From NCBI GenBank assembly GCA_965153285.1, contig OZ229119.1: DNA of 64,000 nucleotides. One strand, 5' to 3'. The DNA is from Podarcis tiliguerta. Lineage: Eukaryota. Position numbers and translations under genes: made by a program. The notes under the pieces are model-generated. The model saw only the letters and a list, made by a program, of their open reading frames with translations, ran no database searches and was not told where the DNA came from. This document shows, in pieces, positions 32,951 through 43,525 of the stretch; positions within the stretch are counted from its first letter, which is position 1, and every line of letters starts with the position of its first letter.

Positions 32951-33936
32951 CTTCATAAAACTTAGGGAAGTGCTGGGTGAGATCCCATGGACAGTAATAC
33001 TAAAAGGAAAGGGAGTTCATGATGGCTGGGAGTTTGTTAAGAGGGAGATAGTAAAAACACAACTTCAGGCAATACCAATGAGACGGAAACATGGAAGGTG
33101 CCTAAAGAAGCCAGGGTGGCTATCTAAAGAACTTTTAACTGAGTTAAGATTAAAAAAGGATGTGTACAAAAAATGGAAAAGGGGGGAAACCACCAAAGAG
33201 GAATTCAAACAAATAGCCAGCACGTGTAAACACAAAGTCAGAAAAGCTAAAGCACAGAATGAACTCAGGCTTGCTAGAGAGGTTAAAAGCAACAAAAAAG
33301 GCTTTTATGGGTATGTCCGTAGCAAAAGGAAGAACAAAGAAACAGTGGGGTCTCTCAGAGGAGAAGATGGTGAAATGCAAACAGGGGACACAGAAAGGGC
33401 TGAACTCCTCAATGCCTTCTTTGCCTCAGTCTTCTCCGATAGAGAAAACAATGCCCGACCTGAAGAATTTGGAGCAAATGATTCAGCAGAGGAAACACAG
33501 CCCAGAATAACTAAGGAGATAGTACAAGAATACTTGGCTAGTTTAGATGTATTCAAGTCTCCAGAGCCAGATGAACTGCATCCAAGAGTATTAAAAGAAC
33601 TGGCAGATGTGATCTCAGAACCACTGGCAGTCATCTTTGAGAATTCCTGGAGAACAGGCGAAGTCCCGGCAGACTGGAGGAGGGCAAATGTTGTCCCTAT
33701 TTTCAAAAAGGGGAAAAGAGAGGACCCAAATAATTACCGCCCAGTCAGTCTGACATCAATACCAGGGAAGATTCTGGAGCAGATCATCAAGCAAACAATC
33801 TGTGAGCACCTAGAAAGGAATGCTGTGATCACCAATAGTCAGCATGGATTTCTGAAAAATAAGTCATGTCAGACTAACCTGATCTCGTTTTTTGACAGAA
33901 TTACAAGCCTGGTAGATGAAGGGAACGCAGTGGATG
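32951..33936 (+). mobile_element. CR1 LINE ORF2 internal fragment (linker plus start of RT), open for about 330 codons
   Basis: AELLNAFFASVF, KSPEPDELHPRVLKELADVI, DWRRANVVPIFKKG, NYRPVSLTSIPGKILEQII, SQHGF, SCQTNLISFFD. Confidence 0.95.
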
Positions 33937-34149
33937 ATCTTTACTACTTAGAACAAAGCAGTGTACAATCCATAAAATGCATTGAAACAGCTGAACAATA
34001 AAAACAGACTAAAATGAGTCCTGGACATTAGCTCCCCTATCCAACATCCCAGTTTAAACTCCAATTGCCATTCTTGTTCCACGCTCCATACTAGGCGATT
34101 TCTCTCTCTCGATCTACAGGGCAGCTGGGAGAAATATCCCAATAAATGC

Positions 34150-34278
34150 AGTATGGGGAACTTCCAGCCCTGCAGATGATGCTGAACTATAGCTCCTCTA
34201 TCATCCTCGGCAAGCATGGGCAATAGCCAGGGATGATGAGAGTTCAGCAACATCTGGAGAGCCAAAGCTACACCTGCA
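34150..34278. mobile_element. Old palindromic hAT-like MITE (family also at 35862, 46510 and 59212)
   Basis: Core GAACTATAGCTCC...AGCATGG...GGGATGATGAGAGTT shared among copies. Confidence 0.55.
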
Positions 34279-35250
34279 GTACATGGTCATATCAACATCT
34301 AATGAACTCATTACATCTCTGAAAATCAGTTTACTCTCCAAACTACACAGCACTTGCTGAGTGGTCAAATCACTTGATATAGGTATCTCAATAAACTTTA
34401 CAACAACCATGCAAGATAGGTCAGTATTATTAATCCCATTATGCAAGTGGGAAATGGCGGAGAGTGTTTGGTTGCAATCCTGTACACATTTATCTTTACT
34501 TCGGTGTAGGATTGTGCTGACACTGGCTTTCCAAGGTCCACCTAGCAATTTTGCTTTGGACATTCAAGCTAACATGCTTAGCTGCTTCATTGCACAAGCA
34601 ATCTTTATTTCAGGAAGAAAAGCTCATCTAAAGTACAACAATAAGCACAATTCTTGTAATTACACCCCTTAAATCAGCTTTGAGTATTTTAGTGTTTTCA
34701 GTTTGTGTGTTTGTTTGGTTATTTTTTTTTAAGAATCCAACTTGCATTGTCTATACTGAATTGCATTGAAGGACTGTTAAAGAGTTTTAAAATTAGTGGC
34801 AATTTAGAGGAATCACAATAAGTACAATGCTAACAAAACAGCAGGGGGCGACCTCTTTTCCTATGAGTTGTATTTTTGATTGTGGCATAATGATGAAAGT
34901 ACAGATAATTGCGTGTTGTAATAAGCAACAATTAATCCAAAATATTTTTCAGTAAGTGTGTTAATAGTTCCCACACTTACTGGAGAGCTCTAGTTGTTTT
35001 AAATAATACATTGAGAAAATTAAGTCTGAAGGATATGCCAGGAAGCTACGCATTTTGAAGCTAATGCATAAGAGGGTTTATTCTATTATCTTCTATAATT
35101 TATCAGTTAATCCTTCCTGGCCTTGACATAGGCAGGCATCCATGCATATTTAAAATTGTTTATATTGTTGATTGTTGATTTTTAAATTTTTTTTTTTTAC
35201 ATCAGTTGTTATGTTTGCGGTGCTGGCTTTGGTCAGGAATTGTTCTAGAA

Positions 35251-35853
35251 CAGGGGTCAGCAACCCTTTTCAGCTATGGGCCGGTCCACCGTCCCTCAGA
35301 CCATGTGGTGGGCCAAACTATATTTTGATTTTAGAAATGAATGAATTCTTGTGCCCCACAAATAACCCATAAAGGTAAAGGTAAAGGGACCCCTGACCAT
35401 TAGGTCCAGTCGTGACCGACTCTGGGGTTGCGGCACTCATCTCGCTTTATTGGCCAAGGTGTACAGCTTCCAGGTCATGTGGCCAGCATGACTAAGCCGC
35501 TTCTGGCGAACCAGAGCAGCGTATGGAAACACCATTTACCTTCCTGCAGGAGCGGTACCTATTTATCTACTTGCACTTTGACGTGCTTTTGAACTGCTAG
35601 GTTGGCAGGAGCTGGAACAGAGCAACGGGAGCTCACCCCATTGCAGGGATTCGAACCACCGACCTTCTGATCAGCAAGCCCTAGGCTCTGTTGTTTAACC
35701 CACAGCGCCACCCACATCCCCATAGATGCATTTTAAATAAAAGGACACATTCTGCTCATGTAAAAACACGCTGATCCCCAGACTGTCTGCGGGCCAGATT
35801 GAGAAGGCGATTGGGCTGCATCTGGCCCCCGGGCCTTAGGTTGCCTCCCCCTG
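35251..35853. mobile_element. hAT (Charlie-like) MITE containing a nested Sauria SINE
   Basis: TIR CAGGGGTCAGCAACC / GGTTGCCTCCCCCTG. 8-bp TSD TTCTAGAA at 35243-35250 and 35854-35861. Confidence 0.88.
35372..35720 (-). mobile_element. Sauria SINE nested in the hAT MITE
   Basis: Family sequence with (AAAGGT)n at the left end and a short CATA/CCCATA duplication. Confidence 0.92.
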
Positions 35854-35861
35854 TTCTAGAA

Positions 35862-35997
35862 CAGCCTTTGCCAATCTGTTCCCCCCCACAATGTGATGTT
35901 GGACTTTGAATTCCATAAGCCCCAACCAGTTGTTGCCCAACCATGTCTAACACTTTAGTCCAACAAGATCTAGAGGGCACCAGGTTGGCAAAGCCTG
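35862..35997. mobile_element. Older hAT-like MITE
   Basis: TIR CAGCCTTTGCCAA / TTGGCAAAGCCTG. TSD TTCTAGAA / TTCTAGAG (35998-36005). Confidence 0.8.
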
Positions 35998-36330
35998 TTC
36001 TAGAGGGCAGTGAGGCTTTTGGAGCCACAAGGCTGGGAAAGGACTCGACATTCTGGCAGCGCTGTCATTCTCGCTTGGCCCAGGGACTCACAGGGGTCCA
36101 AAGCTGTGTGCAACAGTTCATGGTTGTTATGCTCTGCTTCCTCCAGGTTAATGGGCACTGCCTGAGACGGCCTTGCGCTTGAGCTGCCCCAGATCATGGA
36201 TCTCACTCTTGTTGTCCCAGTTTCACCTCTAAACTTTCACCTCCAGCTGTTAAAGGCAGTGGTTTAAAAATCAGTTTGGGGCACTTAAAATTCACCGCAC
36301 CATTTGAGTTGCCTTGAAACACAAGACTTT

Positions 36331-36371
36331 AACAACAACAACAGCAACAACAGCAACAACAGCAACAACAA
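36331..36371. repeat. (CAA/CAG)n trinucleotide repeat, probably an L2-type tail
   Basis: Directly visible. Confidence 0.85.
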
Positions 36372-36535
36372 TATGTATACTGCCCTCCAACTGTAGATCT
36401 CAGGACAGTTCACAACATAAAAACCACAAAGTACATAATAAAAGCAAAAACAAAACAGACCAGTAACCCCCTCCCCCAATTTAGCCATGCAAGATTTTTT
36501 TCAGCCCCAGATTTGCACATTCCAGTCGTGTTGTA

Positions 36536-36614
36536 CAGGGTGAGTCCTTTAAAAGAAGCCCTGTGCATACAGAGTACACATGTTCCACAGGCCTCTTTTA
36601 AAAGACTCACCCTG
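36536..36614. mobile_element. 79-bp mariner-type hairpin MITE
   Basis: TA-CAGGGTGAGTCCTTTAAAAGA...TCTTTTAAAAGACTCACCCTG-TA; TIRs of about 29 bp. Confidence 0.82.
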
Positions 36615-38164
36615 TATAACACCTCCCTCCCAAGACAAAGCACAAGATTTGGGAGTCCCCACGTTAAAACAATAGACTCCTGCCTGTCTATATTGACATG
36701 TGTCTCATGCCCAGTAATGATGTGCTGGATTAGGTCGCTTCTTGCATGTGTGAAGGAGTCATCGTGGACTCACCGCTGCAGGTAGCACTTCCATCCCTTT
36801 TCAGTGCCTCAGTCACAGTACATTTTAATGGAGTCAGTGGTCAGAGGCAGCATGTTTCTGAATGCTAGTTACTGGAAACAGGATTTGCACTCAGGTCCTG
36901 CTTGTGGACCACCCACAAGCATCTGGTTGGCCATTGTGAGAACAGGATGCCTTTGGTCTGAGCCAGCAGCTCCCCTTATGTTCTTATGTATCTCTTTTTG
37001 CTCAAAGCAGACTCACGGAAATTAATAAACATAAGTTAGCTGTGTCTGTTAATTTCAGTGGTTCTGCTCTGAGTATGAGGAATGCTGGCTACAATTTATT
37101 TGGCTGAGTCATAGCTTAAATTAAGAGATTTACCTACATGGCTAACATTCAGATTATATATTGACATATTTTTAATCCATTTTCAATCATTAAAAAATTA
37201 AATCTATTTTTAACTTGTTTACGCCAATGGTTGCTGTTGTTGCTTTGTTCACCCTGCATTTATTTGGGTGGTTGTTTGATCGAGACAAAATACTTTGATG
37301 GACCTACATTGATTTATAAAGCATTCCAAGATAAGACAGTGTGTATGACGCTGCTTTTGTGACCAGTGCTTTAGACCAGCACCCAGTAACAATATAGATT
37401 TTCTTGGGAAGCTTCTTGTTTGGCGCTCCTTGTTCAGGCAGGCTGAAAGATTTAAAACACACAGAGAGATTTGCTTCTTATGAACAGTCCACTGTTTGGA
37501 CAAGTGGAGCTAATTGTTGTTTTGAGCGCCCTTGCTGCAACATGAAAGGGTTCTCTTTATTAGTGCAGTCATCATATTGATTGAGATCAAAACCAGAATA
37601 ATGAAGTTCCCTTTTATTTGCATTCAATCTCTCCAACAGTATTGATCAGGCAACAAATATCTGGATCTCTTCCTGGTTTTCAAAACTATTGAGAGTGTTG
37701 AAGATTCATAGTAGAGAACCTATCTGTATAAATGTAGCAAGAGTACTTCAGCTACCCAAAACTTCTTCAGCGAAAACTGGAAGAGCCAAACCAAAGTTTA
37801 CACATTCAGCTGAAGACAGATTTAGAGCTAACACTTAAAAAAATAATTTGAGTCTTCTTTCTGCAAAGCAATACAAAACAAGGTGTGAGTATCACCTTCT
37901 TCTTCCCATATGAACAACATTATTGTTGTTGGCTACTTCTTCATTCCTTTAGGAGAAAATGCCATCTTAGATACATAAGTAATTTTCAGAAGTCACCTGT
38001 ATCCACAATACTTCTGCTAAATTTCAAATTGTGCTCTTTGTGCTGTCGTAATGAGTATTTAATCCAAAGCACCAGAAACTACTAATGGTGTAGCATTATA
38101 GATTGCAATATGGAAGACTGTGTACATTTCTGGCTGCTGTGCCTCTAAAATGACATTCCAGAAC

Positions 38165-38311
38165 CAGTGGCGTAGCGTGCGTTGTCAGCACCCGGGGCAA
38201 GGCAAGTAATTTGCACCCCCTAACCCGTGGATTTGCGCCCCCTAACATTAACCCCCAGATGTTGTGCCCCGTGCAGCCGGCCCCCCCTGCACCCCCCACG
38301 CTACGCCACTG
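38165..38311. mobile_element. Young GC-rich hAT MITE (147 bp)
   Basis: Perfect 15-bp TIR CAGTGGCGTAGCGTG. Perfect 8-bp TSD TCCAGAAC at 38157-38164 and 38312-38319. Confidence 0.93.
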
Positions 38312-38569
38312 TCCAGAACTACAGAAGATTCAGAAAATTTGTGGGATGATGTTGGAACTCATAGGAGTTTCTGGTGCATGTTGAAGACCTACCTCCCCAG
38401 GACTTTGTGTGCACTGCTGGTCACTGATTCTGTTATTGTTTACTGACTTTTTACATGTGATCGGGATTCATTTTTTTATAAGAAAAAAGTGCTAGAAGGG
38501 CAACCAAAGGTAATCTAGAAGAAACCCAGTCAGATGGGTGGGGTAAAAGTAATAAAATTATTATTATTA

Positions 38570-39140
38570 ATTAAGGGGTTGGAGCAACTCCCCTTGAGCA
38601 AAGGTGACAACATTTGGGGCTTTTTGGTGTAGGTGCGGACATGAAAGAGGTATATAAAATTATTCATCATTTGGAGCAAGCAGATGGAGATAAATTTTCT
38701 CCTTTTTTCATACTTGAATGCTAGAAGATTGAGGAGAGACAGAAGTAAAGGAAATACTTCTTCATATGGCGTATTGTAAAACTATGGAGTGTATCTCAAG
38801 ATGTAGTAATGGCTGCCAACTCGGGTGGCTTCTTTTAGTTATAAAAATAATTACATACTACTGCTCATTAAAAAAATAAATCAGAGTGGTTTATAGCATA
38901 CCTAAAACCATACAGGAAAAACAATATAAAAAATAAAAATCAGAGTAAAATAGACAAATTCATGGAAGATAAGGCTATTAAGAACTACGTAGCATGTACT
39001 ATGATACCAGTTTCTAAGAATATGTGTGGAATAGTTTTCATTTGCTTGTGGGCCACCCATGGATACTTGGTTGGTCACTGTGAGAACAGAATGCTCCACC
39101 AGATGTGGTCTGATCTAGCAGGGTCCTTCTTGTGTTTCTT
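38570..39140 (+). mobile_element. Old CR1-group 3' fragment interrupted by an AT-rich L2-like tail
   Basis: Degenerate CR1 ORF2 C-terminus (GGGTTGGAGCAACTCCCC...ATGAAAGAGGTATATAAAAT). Confidence 0.5.
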
Positions 39141-41567
39141 AGATTTATCATGAAAAAACTAAGTAATACAGAAGTTTTATTCTTGAACACCATGTGCAAC
39201 ATTTAAATCAGTTGCAGCTCCTTTCCCCTTAATTATTGAAGTTGCTGTTCTGCAGCCCTACTGCAGGAACACTCATGGAACATTTGATGAGTTGACACAT
39301 TGATATTTGACAAAAAGTGGTTACCAAATGGTGATCTTTCCCTGTAATTCTCCCATGGCATCTGGTGTCACAATCTGATCTGTATTGTGACTTCTCGTGA
39401 AGGTGCCACAATCTGATTTGTATTGCACAGTCTATTCAAAGGTTGTTCAAAGTATGATGAAAGCTCAATGGAGCACCTTTGCCACTCAGGTGCTCAGGAA
39501 TAAATTGTACCTGGTAAAAGTTTCACCTAAGTACAGGAAAGCCTTAGGAATAAATTGTACCTGGTAAAAGTTTGACAGTCACAAATGGGTTGTATAAATT
39601 CACCCTTACTAAATCTGGGAAAATGGCCATTTTATTTTCCCCATTTTATGATTGACAGCACAATGCCCAGGACATCACTGCACAATGGAAATTGCAGGTC
39701 AGGCTCATGTTCAGTTTGTCCATGTTTAAAATTCAGGAAGTAAATTCTAGAGCTCATGTGCAGGTTTACATGTATTTTCCTCAAAAACTGGGCTTGCAAT
39801 TGTATTTCCATCACATCACTCATTGTGGTGAGACAATAACTTGATACCAGTTGACAGCATTATTTTTAAGTAAAAATTATTAGGTATTGCTTTTCAATAT
39901 CCCCCCAACCCCCAGTTAAGCCTTTTCCCTTTCACCCAAACACCAGTCTGTAATATTTTAAGAGTTTTCCCCAAGGAATTCTTGCAGACAGGGCCAGCCA
40001 CTGATTAGAAGCAGCTTTGTTACAGCCTGAGGTATCGACAGATGCTTCAAATTGGATGCTTTATGCTTCGTGCCTGGTGTGAACGAAAAATTACTAAGGA
40101 TTTATGCAACATACTTTATTCACAAAAATCTGCTTTTTCTAAATCTTCCATCCCGTTCTCACAGTATGATGTTGTCAAGTGATTTTTCCATTCCCTCCCC
40201 CAGTGAACAGCACAGAGGTGGCATTTATACTCTTTCCCTGAGACATGCCAAGATCTAGTAATCTCTCACCAGGATTACATTATTCAGCAAGTGTAATGCA
40301 AGCGATACATTACGCTGACATTAATTTGCAGCTAAACTTGGAAATTATTCCTCTCCTGCCCCCTGAAGGGCCAGAAAATAGCAATAATGCCAATGGGATT
40401 GTGATGGGACCAAATAAGAAGTGAATGTTGTAATAGAATAAATTAGATCATTGCTAGGTCTACTGGAAACTGTATCTGGTAATCATGTTGAATGGGCAAT
40501 GAGATGAAACCCGTTTTCTGTCTTACTGACCTAAACTCTGGTTTCCACAGAGTAAAACAGCTGTTTTTCAGCAAGCTTTGTAGAGAACGTGGTTGCCATT
40601 GCACACTTAAAAGTGCATACATTTCAAAAGGATTTTGACAGGTTTAAGATAGGCAATTTCCCCCCTATGTTCTTTGAAATTGGAAGTAGGGAATGATTCT
40701 GGCAGGACTGAAAATCTTTAGGTAGTCTTGCAAGCTAAAGAGCACTTTTGAGATATTAAGAAGACATTTCTTGTGTTTGAGGCCAGAGACCTCTATCAAG
40801 GAATATATAAACATGAGAAATATAATCTAATGCTCAGAGAGTCAATTCAGTGAACTCTATAAATTCCCAGATGGTGGATCAGGAGAGGTGGTGAATCTGC
40901 AGAGCTGCCCTCCACTGCTTTTTTGCTGTTGGCCAGCCCCTCCAGCCATTGCAAGGACTCCAGGTGCACCACAACTGTGAGGTTCCTAAATGCATAGTTC
41001 AGGTTGCCTATGTCTCATTCTGAGGAAGGGTCCTCCTTGAGTGAGGTGGTCCAGGAGAGTGCCTGTTTATAGTTTCACCATCTATTACTATGAAACTTTA
41101 AACAGTTTTTGACAACACAAAAGTGGTAGCGGTACTGGTGCTCTCCAAGGCCACCTTGTCCATAGTGCCTCGCTGTTCCGCAGAGTGAGATAGTCCAGAT
41201 ACAGGCAGAGAACGAATCTCCAGTGGGCAGGGAGGTAGCAGCTGCTAGAGAGGTCAGAGAATGCCACCGCAAATGGGGCAGCCATTGCCAAGGCCCTTAT
41301 TCATTCCATGTCCAGGACAAAAATCAATCCAGTGACTGTCATCAGTATTTGTCGTTATTTTCCACCCACAACCCATTTGTAATCCATTGCATTTTTCTCC
41401 CTATTTGCATTGTATTTCCTCTGTGTTAAATTGAATGGAATGTAATAATGCAATATAACACAATTTATATAATTTATACAATTAACTATATACATTAGAT
41501 GGGTTACCAAATTTTGCCAAGACAAACAGTGAGACAAATAACATAGTTTTGGGTTGAAGACTGCAGT

Positions 41568-41818
41568 GAATCATAGAATTGTCGAGTTGGATGGGACCCC
41601 CGCGGGTCAGCTATGCAATGCAAAAATCTCAGCTCAAGCATCCATGACAGGTGGCCGCCCAACTTCTGCTTTAAAAACTGAAAAGAAGGAAAGTCTACCG
41701 GCTCCTGAGGGAGAAGATTACATTGCTGAACAGCTCTTACAGTCAGAGAGTTTTTCCTGATGTTTAGTCAGAATCTCCTTTCTTGTAACTTGAAGCCACG
41801 GGTTCAGGTCCCACACTC
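41568..41818 (-). mobile_element. CR1 3' fragment
   Basis: GAATCATAGAAT tail; homologous to 47053-47359 and 63047 onward. Confidence 0.8.
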
Positions 41819-42424
41819 AGTGCTTTGGAAGCAGTGCTGCATGTGGCGAATGCAGGGTGAAAAGGAAAGCAATGCCTTCCTACTTAGTAGCTAGTGGCTG
41901 GTCTCCTCAACTCAGGTGCTAAATGTATTGTGCGGACCCTGCCAGTACACATCTTTATGCGAGAGCCACTAATGTGAAGCTGGATTAATAGTAGTAATAT
42001 AATCTAGTTATACAGTACTAATTTTAGAAGAAAAAGGAATATGAAGATAATGTTTATATTTTCACATACACCCAGCGCATACCAGATGGAGCCTGAAAAT
42101 GGTGTGCTATACTGGGGAAACTTGATTGAAGTGTGATTGGTTGCAGATAGTTTTGGATAGGATTCAGTTGAAATCTGGAGGGTGAGCACACAGATTTCTG
42201 GAAAAAGCAGACATTGTTGACTTGTCAAACAAGGACAATAGACATAGTTAAGAATTGTTCTATATATTGGTATATGGATCGCCTTTCATATCTTTGTTTC
42301 TTTTTAAGAGCTTCCTTGAAACCCAGGAGCATTTAGAATGACTTCATAGTGTTGTTGACGCCATTTTGACCTACTGAATAAAAAAACGAATTAACTTCCA
42401 TTTTTGAAAAAGAAAGGGCTCATT

Positions 42425-42630
42425 TTCATGGAATTCTGACAGTAAGAGCCCTTCATCAGCGGAATGGTCTCCCTTGGGAGGTTGTGGACCCTCCTTCGTT
42501 GGAGGTTTTTAAGGAGAGACCTATCATGGATGCTTTAGCTGAGATTCCTGCATTGCAGGGGGTTGGGCGACATGACCCTTGGGATCCCTTCCAACTCTAG
42601 GATTCTAGGAATTGTAGAGTTGGAAGGGAA
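42425..42630 (+). mobile_element. CR1 3' fragment followed by an inverted copy of its tail
   Basis: CTGACAGTAAGAGC...GGAGGTTTTTAAG...CCCTTCCAACTCTAGGATTCTA. Confidence 0.75.
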
Positions 42631-43490
42631 CCCTTTCCAAGGGTGTATGTGTGTGTGTGTAGAAATCAGCCTACTGTACAAAGGTGGAATTTACATTTAT
42701 TGCTCCACCTGCTTGGCTATCATGCAGGCGATGCAGAGCACAATGACACCACTTTGCCAGCCCAATCAACTTCCCTGATGGCTGCTGAGGAGGTAGGGGC
42801 TGAGAGGAGAGGCTGGTGGACCTGTCTGAAAGGGTTCGCAGGCTGGATCTGTGCAGGCGCCCATCAGTTACCCACCCACAATCTTGGGCTTCTGTTGGTT
42901 TACTTAAGCAGCTCTTTGGCAGCTGCAAAGACCAGCACTTTGGAAAAAGCAGGTTTTATCATTTTACAGGAAAGCAGTGTCATCAGAACAGAACTCTTCT
43001 GCGTCTTATATGAGCACAAAGCTTTGTCATTCATCCCAGAGAGTATATAGTGTTTGTGGGTGCTTGTGTCAGTGTGAAAATTGTCACAGAAAGGGAAGTA
43101 ATTTACACTGGCTCTTACTCTTATTTCCAGAACCTTTAACATTATTAATAGTTAAGCACCATTTTGATGAGATAATTGAATGTGCTGGGCAGTTAGGAGT
43201 CCCAAGGCAAAGATGAAAGTGCTTAACCATACCCAGGAGGTCAATTATTAGGTAGCACGTACTGATGAGCAGTTTACTGTCATTAAGTGTTTCAGATAAC
43301 TTTTCTACCATGTGTGTGCGCGTGTGTTTCTGAAAGCCTACCACTTCCAGGCAATAGCTATGAGCATGAGAATGCAAAACTCTGTGAAAGTCAGGCTGTA
43401 GAAGAGTCTGTTTGCCTGTGTGTCTGTGTATGACAGAGAGAAAGAAGGCTGCAAAGCTTGCAACTCAACAAGAGTTTGGCCTGCCAGGTG

Positions 43491-43492
<2 letters not shown>

Positions 43493-43521
<29 letters not shown>
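43493..43521. repeat. (AC)n microsatellite
   Basis: Directly visible. Confidence 0.95.

Positions 43522-43525
<4 letters not shown>

Noticed and set aside
39496-39573. CRISPR-like repeat-spacer-repeat
   Set aside because: Only two repeats, vertebrate DNA and no cas genes.
12064-40321. Identical 12-mer TTACGCTGACAT at 12064-12075 and 40310-40321
   Set aside because: On the order of 100 matching 12-mer pairs are expected by chance in 64 kb, so it is not significant alone.
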